64,000 nucleotides of DNA from Octopus vulgaris (taxonomy: Eukaryota), in assembly GCA_951406725.2 (NCBI GenBank), contig OX597816.1:158224001-158288000 (forward strand), given 5' to 3'. Both the position numbers and the translations under genes were made by a program. The notes below the pieces were generated by a model. The model had not been told where the DNA came from, made no database searches, and worked only from the letters and a program-made list of their open reading frames with translations. This document shows, piece after piece, positions 45,688 through 57,859 of the stretch. Position 1 is the stretch's first letter. Each line of letters starts with the position of its first letter.

Positions 45688-48600
45688 TTCAGTTATTTCT
45701 TCTTCCTACTTGTGGAGAGTCGCTCAAACTTTCTTAAAAAGCAGCAGGTTACACCAGAGTAAGCAGATGAATGTGAAACAAGGTGGGGGAAAATAGTACT
45801 CGAATACCAGAGGTAGAGTAATATGCTTTATTAATAAAGCTGTAAAGACATCACCAAAACTGTTACTCAGAGTTTCACACTCCTATTCATTGGACAAAAC
45901 TATCCAACGAACAGGTACGTCATTATCCGACAAACGGGAATGTGAAACTCTGAGTAACAGTTTTTGTGATGTCTTTACAGCTTTATTAAGAAAGCTAGCA
46001 GAAATGTTAGCACGCCGGGCGAAATTCTGTCTGTTGTTACATTCTGAGTTCAAATTCCACCGAGGTTGACTTTGCCTTTCATCTTTTTGAGGTCAATAAA
46101 TTAAGTACCAGTTATGTACTAGGGTTGATCTAAGCAACTGGCTCCCTAACCCAAAAATTTCTAGCCATGTGCTTAGAGTAGAAAAGAATAAAGCATATTA
46201 CTCTACCTCTGGTATTCAAGTACTATTTTTTCCATCTTGTTTCACATTTATGTACTTACTCTGGTATATAAGCATGTACATTCACATATAAATGTGTGTC
46301 TTTGTGTTTTTGTCTCCCACAACCAGTATTGGTGTGTTTACATCCCCGTCACTTTGTTGTTCAGCAAAACAGACTGACAGAATAAGTATCACGCCTTAAA
46401 AAATAAGTCCTGGAGTCAATTCATTCAACTAAAAACTCTTGAAGATGGTGCACCAACATGGTTACAGTCTAATGATTGAAACAAGCTACAGATATTTGAG
46501 ATCTTGGAAGCACTTATTGTTTGACCCAGTTTAGACCTGACCCAGCAAAGTTTTAATTAAAGATACTCCAACAGTGGCTAACTAGTTTCTTCCTTTGAGA
46601 TACAGTCTTTCAAAAACTACATTATCCAACATGTCCTGTTAGTATGAAAGTGGGATGTGATCCGAGGAAGATTTGCCTATTATTTTTAGCAGGTTATGGC
46701 TTCCTTTATTTGGCACAAAGAGTGCTTATTTAAATGGTAACAGAGCTTCATATGATCACAACATTTAGAGTAAACACTTGTATGCTCAAAGTGCTGCTGT
46801 ACTCTTTTTCTGAGTGAAGTAGTCAATATCTCATGAATGTAAGTAAGAGTTCAAATATTTCTCCTAATTCATTCTTCCGAGCACTGAAAGAAGAGTAAAA
46901 CCAATTCAGATGAAATGCTCCTAGAAATAATAGACAGGCTTAAGGATTAGCTAAAATAATAATAGATTTTGCTGTATCTTGGGTGGGTCATTATACCAAT
47001 AAACACATGCACTGTTTCTGTTTCACTTCTTTGTTATTATTAGTCAAGTGGTTAAACAATTGCTTGATGAATCATTTAGTCAATCGATCAGCTAGGTTTG
47101 TCAAAGTCCCTTCATTACCATTCTTCACAACTGAAGTAAAGGCATGTTGTACTTCACAATTGAAGTAAAGGCATGTTGTACTTCACAATTGAAGTAAAGG
47201 CAGCAGCAAAGCTACCCAGGGCTACCAACTGATGCTAGTGACAAGGATCACCAATATCTATTTTAACAGCTAGATGGACAGAAAAAGTCTAATAGAAACA
47301 GGCTACAATGCAACATCAATAGACTGGTGACCCTTAATTGTTCAACAATTCAAACATATTCTTGAAGATTACAACTTACATCATCTGGTGCATGAAGTCA
47401 GACATGGAAAACTGTGGCACTTTGCTTACAAGGCGCTCATTGAGGTATTTTTCCACAAGGTTTATCTGAAAAGTAATAATATAATTGATTAATTTATGGG
47501 TGAATTGGTGTGAATTATAGTACTGGGATGAGGAAAAAGTTTGTGCGCCATGAGTCACTATTGAACATGACATGAACTGAATGAACTCACACACTACAAA
47601 AATATATTTATTTATATATGCGCCCTTTTCAAGCCTAGCCAGGCTCATGGGCCTGGTTTCCTGGTTTCTGTGGCGTATGTGCTCCCCCTAGCTGAACGGG
47701 ATGCCAGTCCATCGCAGTGTTACTCAAGAAACAGGAAGAAAGAGTGAGAGAAAGTTGGGCGAAAGAGTACAACAGGGGTTGCCACCACCCCCCTGCTGGA
47801 GCCTCATGAAGCTTTAGGTGTTTTTGCTCAATAAAAACACACGGTCTTGGAATTGAAACCGCGATCCTCCGACTGGGAGCCTGCTGCCCTAACCACTGGG
47901 CCATTGCACCTCCACCAAAAATATATAAAAAAGCATTATTTTAACATGGCACACAAACTTTTTCCTCAACCTAATATATACAAGTTTCAAACATGTATTT
48001 CACAGAATCATTTTTGTGAAGAGGGATTTTCCAAATTTGAGGAAAAGAAGGCCATCATCATCATTGTTATAATGTCCACTTTTCCATTCTTTCATGAGTT
48101 GATGATGGTTACTGAAGGAGATTTGCAATGGGCAGATGCCCTTCCTGTTGCCAAGCCAGGTGATACATCTCAATGATAGACATGTTTGCATAGGATACTG
48201 GAAGTGAATGGTGTTCATTTACAACCATTACATGATGTCAAAATAAGGAGACACAAACACATACATCTATATAACTGGCTTCTTTCAGGTTCTGCATACC
48301 AAATCCACTCGCAAACAGGGCTAAAGTAGAAAACATTTGCCCAGTGAGACTGAAGCCAAAACCAAATGGCTAAAAAGCTAATTTCTCAATCGTACAAACA
48401 TGCCTATGTCTAAAATATATAATATTTTAGTACTAAAAAAAAATTAGTATACTTTCAAAAGTTGAATATGGATTAAAGGGATATCTTATGTCCTGACTGT
48501 GTAGGATATGAAAATGAAATTCTAATTTCTTAAAAAAAAAAAACAAGGCTTCAGGTTTATATGGAAGTAAAAAAAAAATGTAGAGCATTTAAGCTATTCT

Positions 48601-51600
48601 CATAATGCTTAAAGTGAAATAAAAAGGTTACAACTGGGAATTGAAACTGAATCCTCAACGCTCCTACATCAGCTCTCACCCTCCTCCTCCTCATCATTTA
48701 ACGTCCATTGTCCATGCTGGCATGGGTTGGACTGATTTGGCATGGTTTTCTACGGGTGGATGCCCTTCCTAATGCCAACCACTCTGAGAGTGTAATGCTT
48801 TTACATGCCAATTGTGTGACACCAGCATCCACCACATCTGCAATTTTGCTCAACTTGATGGATCTTCTTCTCAAGCACAAACATAATGCCAAAGGTCTCG
48901 GTCTAAATCAATAACTAATAAGTAGAACTCCATTCTATACAGTCACTCAATAATAGTTAAATGCATTTTAACACAAAATAGAATTCCCAAGAAGAAAGCA
49001 AAAACAACTATTCAACTTACATATTCTCTGTGTATATCTGTGTAAATGAATTTATTCTCTTCTGTATCAATAAATTCATGAAAATATCTCTCTAAAAAAT
49101 TATGCTGTAACATTTGAAATTCCTCCTCTGAAAGCAGAAATCAATAAATTTCATATTTTAGCAATATTTCAAAGCAACATTGAATACATGTAACCAAGTA
49201 AGAGATAGATCATCATCATCATCATCATCATCGTTTAACGTCCGCTTTCCATGCTAGCATGGATTGGACGGTTCAACTGGGGTCTGGGAAGCCAGAAGGC
49301 TGCACCAGGCCCAGTCTGATCTGGCAGTGTTTCTACAGATGGATGCCCTTCCTAACGTCAACCACTCCGTGAGTGTAGTGGGTGCTTTTTACGTGCCAGA
49401 CAAGGCTGGCAACAGCCACGATCGGATGGTGCTTTTTACGTGCCACCAGCACGGAGGCCAGTCAGAAACACTGAAGTATTTTAAATGAAATATTTCAGAA
49501 AGTGCTGTAGGATAACTTACACTGAACTTTTGAATTTATTCATAGCACAAATCTTTCAACTTGAAAAATGTACAAAAATGATTGAAATCTTGATCAAGGA
49601 GATGACAGAATTGAGATATGTGCCCACCACAATAGAACTGATATCCTAAAATCAAGGTGCCACGTAAAAAAGCATTGGTGTGGGTGCTAGTACCACATAA
49701 AAAGCACCAGTGATGGTAACACATAGAAAGCACTGGTGATGGTGCCATGTAAAAAGCACTGGTGATGGTGCCATGTAAAAAGCACTGGTGATGGTGCCAT
49801 ATAAAATGCACAAATGATGGTGCCACATAAAAAGCACTGGTGATGGTGCTGTGTAAAAAGCACCCAGTACACTCCTGTAAAGTGGTTGATGTTAGGAAGG
49901 GCATCAAGCAGTTTAAACCAAGCCAAAACAGATAATGGAACCTTGTGCAGCCCCTGGCCTTGTCAGTTCCTATCAGGCCATCCAACCCATGTCAGCATGG
50001 AAAACAGGTATTAAATGAAGATGATGATAGTTATTTCTAGCAAAAGCATAAAACCTCAAATGTGGAGAGACAGGGAGAGAGTACAGTTAAGATTGACTCT
50101 AGGTTCCTGAGTGGTGTTTATTACATTGTTCCTAGAAGGACAAAGTTGACCTGGCAAGATTTGAAACTAGAAATGAAAGAGATCAATTTTCACCACTTCC
50201 TCCCACATCTCCCTCTTCCAAAGGTCCCATTTCCTCTGGAAATTAGCACTTCTTAATAGAACTGCCCTTTTCCATATGTGTCACATGCTCATACCAATGT
50301 AGTCTTCCCTCTTGCATACAATATCTGATTTTTCTTATATCAAAATTCTGCATGTTATTGGATGCTCTACCAATTCCGTCAATTCACTGCCCACTATTAA
50401 TTAAAACATCGCAATTGAAAATATAAAAGAAATGACGGTAAAATTAACATACCACTATAATATATAATTAAAAACAACAAAATTAATTAGGTAAAGTTTT
50501 TGCAGTTTTCAAAAATAATTCCTCAACTAGAAACTTTATAATATACCACAAATCCACACCAAGTCCTGATGCAACCAAAGAATTTTGCCACTCATGGTTT
50601 CCATTGTATATTCAGCAAAGAATTATGGATGCAATAAGGAAGTTTCATATAATATAGTTTTGACAATGAGAGGTGTAAAAATAGCCTTGAAAGAAGAATG
50701 GGGGACAAAAGGAAAAGTGGGTTGATGACATCAACAATCAAGAGAAGACCCAAGTTCAACTTTTCAGCCTCAATATTCAGGAAGAAAACTGAGTTTCTTG
50801 GGGAGAGAACTAAAACATAACATGTGAGATGAAGTAGAGAGTATAATGGGTTGTTGGTGGTGGTGGTGGGGGCTTTTATCAGATCAGATTGAAGCCTGGT
50901 GCAACTGCTGGCTTTCCAGACCTCAGTCAAACCTACGCCAGCATGGAAAACAGACGTTAAATGATGATAATGAAACAAAAAGGAGATATAGTTCAGTCAT
51001 TTTGTGGAAGCGCTTCAACAAACTTTGTTCATGGTTTATGGAATGTGTCAGTTATGAAGCAGTGATAACATTAACCGAATTTGGAGCACAGTGTGAATGA
51101 AAAGGTTGGACTTTTGAGTTTTTTTTGTCACAGCACCAGCTGCTGAGGAAACTTATCATAATTTAATGTCCGCTTTACACACACACACACACACACACAA
51201 GTATGTATAGTAGTTATTTACTGACCCATCACTACATCCTCTATGGCACCAATAATCATATCGAATTTTGCGTCACTACTACTTGACCTGTTCAAAGAAA
51301 AGAAGAAAAAAAGAGATAAAAGTAGAAGCAGCAAAATATTGCTTGAAAAATGTCAACTTAGGAAATAAAAATTACCAAATATTTTAATTATTGGATCATC
51401 CCATGAATAATGCGTTTTTTTTATTTTTTTATACTTCAAAATTAAGATAAACAAATTTCTCTTCTATTCTAAAATATACTCTCCTTCATTTTCTACAATG
51501 CTCTTCTATCTTTCTGGTAGACTTGCAAGACCCCTCTTCCAAAATTCACATATTTGTGACCCCAAAATACTCCTCCACTACTGTTCTGACCTCGTCTATA

Positions 51601-52387
51601 GAATTCACATTCTTTCCATCCAAATGATTTTGAAGACTGCGGAATAAATGATAATCAGATGGAGAAACGCCCTGCAAATATGATGGGTGGGGCATCGTTT
51701 CCCATTCAGACTGTTCCAGCCTTTGGAATGTCATCCTCACTGTATGTGGCCAAGCATCCTCCTCATGGAAGAAAACATTTTGTCTTGAAACCAATGATGG
51801 TCGTTTTTCATCTAGCGCTGACTTGAATGATCAAATCCAAGCTCCTCTGCTAGTTCCTCAACAGTTACAATGGGATTTTGTTCCACCAGGGTGTGCAGGA
51901 TGTCCTCATCGAGCTCTACAGATTTTCCAGGGCGAGGCTCATCTTCTAGGCTGTAGTTTCTGGCTTGGAATTTCTAGAACCACCATTGACACTGGTTTAT
52001 GCTTATTGTCCAATCCCCGTAAACTGCTTTAATATTCCTCACACTTTCCATTGCATTGTTGTCTTTACTGAACTACACTGAATATGCTCCTTTGTCACTT
52101 CCATTGTAGTTTTGAAAAAAATAACTGTTAAAATCGAACTGCACTCTTCAAAACTTGCACTAAAAATAAGGACAAGGTAAAATTATTACCTGCTTTTATA
52201 GCAAGTTGATTCAGGTAGTTTATCCCATCCCCATCTGACTTTTAGTTCATGCAATTGAAAACAATCGCATTATTTATGGGATGACCCAATATATTAAAAA
52301 AAATTTTTTTAATTATGTTTTATGTCAAGAGAAAAATCTCAAATACCGAGATACTGCTAAGTTTTCTTCTGCTGTTTGTAAGTCCAT
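41629..52387 (-). CDS. ARL2BP: ADP-ribosylation factor-like 2 binding protein (BART), spliced CDS, 156 aa
   Basis: complement(join(41629..41706,44205..44301,47380..47465,49021..49127,51226..51287,52347..52387)) = 471 nt, GT-AG, phases consistent: MDLQTAEENLAVSRSSSSDAKFDMIIGAIEDVVMEEEFQMLQHNFLERYFHEFIDTEENKFIYTDIHREYINLVEKYLNERLVSKVPQFSMSDFMHQMIARKNELEGEIFELLLTFSDFLTFKEMILDYKAAKEGRTVDLSGGIMVTSFSTEGPTS*. Matches recalled BART motifs (EF.DTEENK.IYT, IF..LLTF.DFL.FKEM.LDY, KEGR..DLS). Largely absent from the ORF track. Confidence 0.95.
42260..42872 (+). mobile_element. CR1 3' fragment interrupted by an RTE 3' tail (42355-42609)
   Basis: CR1 sequence ...TTTTCACACTCA | GAGTTGCTGAAGC is contiguous in the 40841 copy but is split here by a 255-bp RTE tail ending in (GAT)n. 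Confidence 0.85.
44205..44301 (-). CDS. ARL2BP: ARL2BP coding exon 5
   Basis: ARKNELEGEIFELLLTFSDFLTFKEMILDYKA; CAG acceptor, GTGAGT donor. Confidence 0.95.
45170..45590 (+). mobile_element. Tandem dimer of the Nin-domain-like SINE inserted in the head of the major SINE
   Basis: Two consecutive units, each ending AATAAAGAAATAAG; AAGTTTGTTTACCA duplicated on both sides. Confidence 0.75.
45752..46268. mobile_element. Palindromic Penelope-like/foldback element with a SINE in the right arm
   Basis: 45752-~45895 is inverted at ~45925-46268 once the SINE at ~45996-46187 is removed. Confidence 0.7.
46823..46883 (-). pseudogene. Truncated duplicate of ARL2BP exon 5 (pseudo-exon or alternative last exon)
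   Basis: Same acceptor as exon 5; reads ARKNELGEIFELLLTFMRY* (3-nt deletion, then novel sequence). Confidence 0.85.
47380..47465 (-). CDS. ARL2BP: ARL2BP coding exon 4
   Basis: INLVEKYLNERLVSKVPQFSMSDFMHQM; CAG acceptor, GTAAGT donor. Confidence 0.95.
47620..47914 (-). mobile_element. tRNA-derived SINE (another family)
   Basis: Minus strand GGAGGTGCAATGGCCCAGTGGTTAGGGCAG..GGTTTCAATTCC (A/B boxes), then ATGGACTGGCATCCCGTTCAG core. Confidence 0.75.
49021..49127 (-). CDS. ARL2BP: ARL2BP coding exon 3
   Basis: EEFQMLQHNFLERYFHEFIDTEENKFIYTDIHREY; CAG acceptor, GTAAGT donor. Confidence 0.96.
49655..49865 (+). repeat. Second, shorter array of the 26-bp minisatellite in an RTE 3' UTR
   Basis: About 8 units of ACTGGTGATGGTGCCAYRTAAAAAGC, followed by the RTE tail to ~50030. 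Confidence 0.9.
51226..51287 (-). CDS. ARL2BP: ARL2BP coding exon 2
   Basis: SSSSDAKFDMIIGAIEDVVM; CAG acceptor, GTCAGT donor. Confidence 0.94.
51391..52289 (-). mobile_element. Defective mariner transposon filling most of ARL2BP coding intron 1
   Basis: TA|TTGGATCATCCCATGAATAATGCG ... CGCATTATTTATGGGATGACCCAA|TA; ORF 51546..51794(-) has FHEEDAWPH and [23 protein letters not shown] (decayed HDNARPH / YSPDLAPSDY). Confidence 0.92.
52347..52387 (-). CDS. ARL2BP: ARL2BP coding exon 1 (exon 52347..52400)
   Basis: MDLQTAEENLAVS(R); acceptor TTCCTTAG before 52400, donor GTATTT; phase 2 matches exon 2. Confidence 0.85.
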
Positions 52388-53239
52388 TCTCCTCAAATAC
52401 CTAAGGAAAGAAAGTGTATAAGTTTCAGACACTGAGCTCATGTTTTAGTTTATGAGTAAAGTTTCAAATGCTTGTAGCAGGAAAATTTAGCAATCAGATC
52501 ATTATATCCAACGTCCTGATTCGCTAGAATATTACCTGCATCATAAAAAATATCTGACCAATCAAGACTTGGCTCCAACAATAATTTCACATTTGGTGTG
52601 CTTCTTTCTGAGCCAAACCACCACTGTATATTCAGCGTAACTATCCCCATTGACAACAGATGGCAGTTGACCCAAGCAGTGACATAACACAAAAGCAATG
52701 AACAGATAGCAAATGAAAAACATTAGAAGACAGTAGCACAACCAGTGGCTAACCACAATGGAATGGACAAACAGCGACAGTAACACAAGAACCAGCTAAC
52801 ATTTTGACTGCTGTTACAGTAACACCAATCCAAGAACAATAATCTTCAAGCCCTCTTGATGTTTTGTCATTCATAGTAAAAACAAACATTCCTTTTGTTT
52901 ATAAAAAGAGTAAATATTTTTGGAATCAAAAATCTCACAAGATTTCAGTGTTTTTCCTTTGTAACATGCTTATCAGCAGTTTAATACCCACTGCTTTACA
53001 ATAACACATCTTCATCTATTCTCATTGTCCAGCCATGTAAAGCAAGACACCTATCCCAATACCCTTATCACACCAACCCTACAATATCATTCTAAAAATC
53101 AACAGTTATCTCATCAAAATCTCAAAGCTACAAGATACTGCATAATTAATTCAAAATAATGTCAATGAATAAACATTACTTTTTTCAGAATAATGTGAAA
53201 GCTAAAGGGTTAAACCACATCCCTCAATAACCCCTTTTC

Positions 53240-55345
53240 AATCAAGGCTCCAGTCTAATTTGGCTTGGTTTCTACAGCTGGATACCCTCCCTAATACCAA
53301 CCATTCTGAGAGTGTAGTGGGTGCCTTTTACATGTCAACGGCACTGGCCATGACTTTGTTTTCACTTGGCTTGACATGTCTTGTCAAGCATAACAAATTG
53401 TCAAAAGTCTCAATCATTTATGATGATCTCCACGGGACTCGATTCAACATTCGAAGATCATGCTTCATCACCTCATCCTATATCCTCCTGGGTTTATCGC
53501 TTCCACAGGTTCCCCTCACAGTTAGACATCAGCACATCTAACTTGTGCATATGCATCACATGACCATAACAGCACAGTCTTCTCTCTTGCACACATCTGA
53601 TGCCTCTTATGCCCAATTTTTCTCACAAGATGCTTACATTCCATTGCATATGTGCATTGACACTGCACATCCAGCGAAGCATACTAGCTTAATTTCTTTC
53701 AAACCTATGCATTTCCTCTGCAGTGACAGTGCCTGTTTGCACACAGGCATCATATAATCTGCCTTTCACTTGAGGGAAAAGCTCTTTGTTACCAACAAAG
53801 GTAGAAGCTCTCTGAACTTTTCCCAACCTATTCTTATTCTGGTAGTTACACTCTTGGAGCATCCACCTCCACTGCTGACTTGGTTACCCAGATAATGGAA
53901 GCTATCTGCTGCTTCTAAGTATCCCCCACTGGCATTTGGTGAAGTCTATTTTCTGTACATTTCTAGTGTTTATTTTACCTATACATCTGTCATACGCAGA
54001 TTACTAAAACAGATTACTCGGAAAACTACTTTCTCTATCAACCTACTTCTGCTATTGCTGTGTCTCTTATGTGTCTATAGCTTGCACTAAATACCTATGC
54101 CTTTTCTACATATCAAGCAGGGCCATCTCCCTGAAGGAATTTGTGATTTGTCTGTTTTCCTACTAATCAGGACTTTGGTCTTTACTAAATTAACTTGATT
54201 CCATACCTTGCTTTCACACCTGAAATTTTTTCTCTAGTTCTGGTAGTGAATCATCTATAAGAACAAGATCATTAGCATAGAGGAGCTCCCAAGGGCAGCC
54301 CTTCTTAAATTCCTCTTTATTGTCTGGAGGACTATGATGAAAGAGAGTGGGGGGCTGAGGACTGATCCTTAGTGAACTACTTGTACACAGACTTCATTGC
54401 TATACCTGTTGCCAGCCCTTACTGACAGGATCTCTGTACATGGCTTGTACAGCTCTCGCCAGCCAGATAAGGGGAGTGGGGGAACTTGTCAAAGGTTTTC
54501 TCCATGTCAACAAAAGTCAAATACAGAGGTTTATTTTTGATTAAGTACTTCTCCTGCAACTGCCTTAACTGGGATATAGCATCAGTGGTGCTTCTCCCTG
54601 GCACAAAACCAAACAGCATCTCATTTAGACGAACTCCCTTCCTAATAAGTTGATCCCCTCCATAACTTTCATCACCTGGTCCAACAATTTGATATCTCTA
54701 TAATTATTTCTGTCTAAGGCATCACCTTTACCTTTGTAACAGTTGACTATGGTATGACTCCCTCGTGTACAATCTAATTAACTATACGCATAACTGGAGT
54801 ATAAATCACACTGCCAGATCTTTTAAACATCTCAGTGGTAATTTCTGATGGGCTGGGGGCTTACCCCGTCTTCATATCCTTCATGGCCTTATCTACCAAG
54901 TTACTGTCTATTTGGATTGCTGGTCCCTCTGTTGGATCTACATTAGGCAGACTCTCCTTCTCTCTACATTCAGTAGCTTTTCATAGTAGCACTTCCAAAC
55001 CTCTTTCTTTGCAGAGTTACTATCTGCAAGTGAACCATCATCCATGCAAACTCACTTCTCTCCCACAACATCACAATTTTCCCTCGCACACTGTCTTGCA
55101 AACCAAAATTCTTCAAGCTGCTCGTCCTCATGCCACAGAACATTGGAAAACTTCTTCCTTTCTGCTTCACCTCTGGCAAAGTATACCTGCTTCCTAGCTT
55201 CCCTCTTGGCTACCTGATGTAGTTCCTTGCTACTGCCACCCTTCCAGGTTTGTTTCTTTGTTCTAATGGCCCTGTCAACCAACTGCTGGGCCACCATGTC
55301 ACCCTAGACCTAGTACGATTTTTGCACCAGCCACAAATTTGATCT
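53240..55345 (-). mobile_element. RTE-clade LINE, ~2.1-kb decayed ORF with RT domain and 3' UTR
   Basis: FGFVPGRSTTDAI.QLRQLQEKYL.KNKPLYL.FVD.EK.FD (RT N-terminal motifs) and WELLYANDL (YADD-like); its 3' end runs into the abundant GGAAGGGCATCCAG tail repeat. Confidence 0.9.
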
Positions 55346-55976
55346 GTGGCTTTCAAAAATATCACCCCCGTGTCCAGAATGCGTAGTTGGGGATTCCATA
55401 AGCGTTAATGCACAAACAACTACTTTTCCTGAATAGGCATTGCTAAAATTGGGGTGTGTTTAATATAGCCGTGCGTCTTCAAAATGTGGTTGTTCCTATG
55501 TGATTGCTCGACCCGCTAGAAATAGTAGCTAAATCGCCCTCTACTGCCTTAGTCCAAGGTATACCACACATAGAAAAATAAATAAAGAAAAAAAGGATGA
55601 GTATGTCTTTCTATTATATTTGCACTTGACCAAAGGTTGATTTGGAGCTAAACAACAGTCAACAACAATTAAACACAATACAAAAAAAAATGCAAAAACA
55701 TTAATTTTGTAATACATTCGACCTGTAAAAATGTTTGAATTAAACACTTCTGAATCCGGCATGACAGCTGTAAACTACAAAACAAAATAGTAAATTTCAG
55801 AAATATCGACAACTAAAAACAGATAACTCGGAAGACTTTAAAATTATTTTAGTAGGGTATAAATAAGTTTTTGAAGTCAGTTGTCGTTCCTTCAGAATAA
55901 CATTATATTATATATAACATCGTCATTCGCTTTATTAGAAATGAAAGCAAAATTAAAAGATAACTTAAACATTATA

Positions 55977-56021
<45 letters not shown>

Positions 56022-57103
56022 AAAAATATTGACGCTACTTGAGAAATGTATGTGAGCTCTAAACGTTAACAGAAAATTTTAACTTAATGTTAATTTAATT
56101 TTCCACCCCATCAGAAAAATAGGGGCAAAAAACAGATTAAATATTTTGGTAAAAATCTAAACGATAAAGATAAACAAGTGAAAGAGAATGATTAGTAAAA
56201 CTGAGAGGCAATTGAATATTCAAGCCTGTCACAGCAAGTCTGACGATAATGAGAGCAGGAATAAGCAAATTGTCAATAACGGTTTAACCAAGTTTGCTGC
56301 TGACGTGAAGAAGCTGGTCTTGAAGGATAATTATCTTAGCTACAGAAGTATCAAAACATCTCGTATAAAATATTGTTGTTAAACAACAACAATGTGTATA
56401 GAAGATATTCTTGTAAAAAATTACGTTCTGCTTTCGAAGAAACAAGAGGATGAAATAATCTTTTGAACATACCTTATTGATAATATTTTTTTAAAAAATT
56501 CAGTAATGAATGATGTTCGTCAATAAGGAGAACGGTGTCTCTACTTGTTGGAGTCCATTTTGCAAAAATAACCAGTGGCAGTTGCACTTCTAAATAGTGG
56601 GAATACTGTGTAAGTCAACGAATCCTATCTGACAGCTTTTAATAGCCTTTTTACAAACTAAAGTCAATTTAGGTACACAACAAATTTCAAGAAACAGTTT
56701 TTGTGCTGCCAGTCCCGCGTTTAAAGTCATTGCTGTATAATAAACGCCACGGAGAGACGGAATGTTGCTGTTAGGGATTTTTCTAATCGTCACCGAAAAA
56801 AACAAAAGCTTTCTCTTTGTTGTTATGGTTTTAATTTACATACAACTGATCGGTATTTCGTTTGACTATTCGACAACAGACTGGATCGTTACTCTAATTA
56901 TTAACATCTCTCTTTAATGAAAATATTATTTGTATATTTAAAAGGAAAGAGACATCACATTTAAGTAAAATACGCATATTTGTGTTCAGACATATCCGTC
57001 ATGTTAGGATGCTTACTGTAAAGCCACGTGGTTATGTGTTCGATCTCAAAGCGCTGTACCTCGGCCGACTATCATCTTACTTGGGGTGTCTAATTATGCT
57101 TTG

Positions 57104-57484
57104 GGATCTTTTCGGTTTGAACGGCAGTTTTTAAAAAATAATTTCCACGTAACTAAACACTTTTAAACTTCGTATACTGGTAGAATGTGTTTATAAAACA
57201 TCTTTTTCTCTTGGGTTTATTGAGAAATTCTATAGTTTGTAAGATATTTGTTGTTTTTTCTTCAATTTCAACCAATCAATGACGTCTATTGAGGTGAAAA
57301 CATTCTGTGCCGTATGAATATGTCCCTCGTTTAAGAAACAGATTTGGTTTATTTACATTTCTGAAGAAAGATACCCTTCCCCTCACCCTTAACCCTAAAA
57401 CAGATCGAAACTAGGGTCATAATTATGGGTGACAATTTCATATGACACCGCTAGAAAAAACTGCCGTTCAAACCGAAAAGATCC
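57104..57484. mobile_element. Merlin-like non-autonomous DNA transposon, 381 bp
   Basis: Perfect 29-bp TIR GGATCTTTTCGGTTTGAACGGCAGTTTTT and perfect 8-bp TSD ATGCTTTG (57096-57103 / 57485-57492); inserted into a decayed SINE. Confidence 0.88.
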
Positions 57485-57859
57485 ATGCTTTGTGGTTAAA
57501 ATTTGTTACTTGGAAACAATGTGTGTGTGTGTAGGCACACGTACACAAGTGTGCTCATCACCGTCTTTGTTTCCTTATCACTTTCATAAAAATGGATATT
57601 TTAAAATGAAAATTTCCACAAATATACTATAGATTGCGGTTATATGTGAATTTGTTGTAAAAAAAGGTTTTTCCAGGGAGAGGAGTTTCGGAAAATCCAC
57701 ATAACTCGGCTTTGTTTCCTCATGACATTCAGAAAAAAGGGTATTTATTATTGAAATTTACTACAAATATCTTTCAGAGTGTGTAGATTAAGATTATTTC
57801 AGGATTTAATATGAAAATAAAAAGAAGAAACGTGGGCACACACAGGGGAGATGAGTGAA

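Noticed and set aside
50437-50500. Micro-exon of ARL2BP (TAG|TG|GTATGT on the minus strand)
   Set aside because: Exons 2 and 3 already join in phase with the expected sequence; 2 extra nt would cause a frameshift.
52450-52786. Hydrophobic ORFs as a separate membrane-protein gene or an N-terminal extension of ARL2BP
   Set aside because: No recognisable homology; splicing to the next exon gives stops in or just before the relevant frames.
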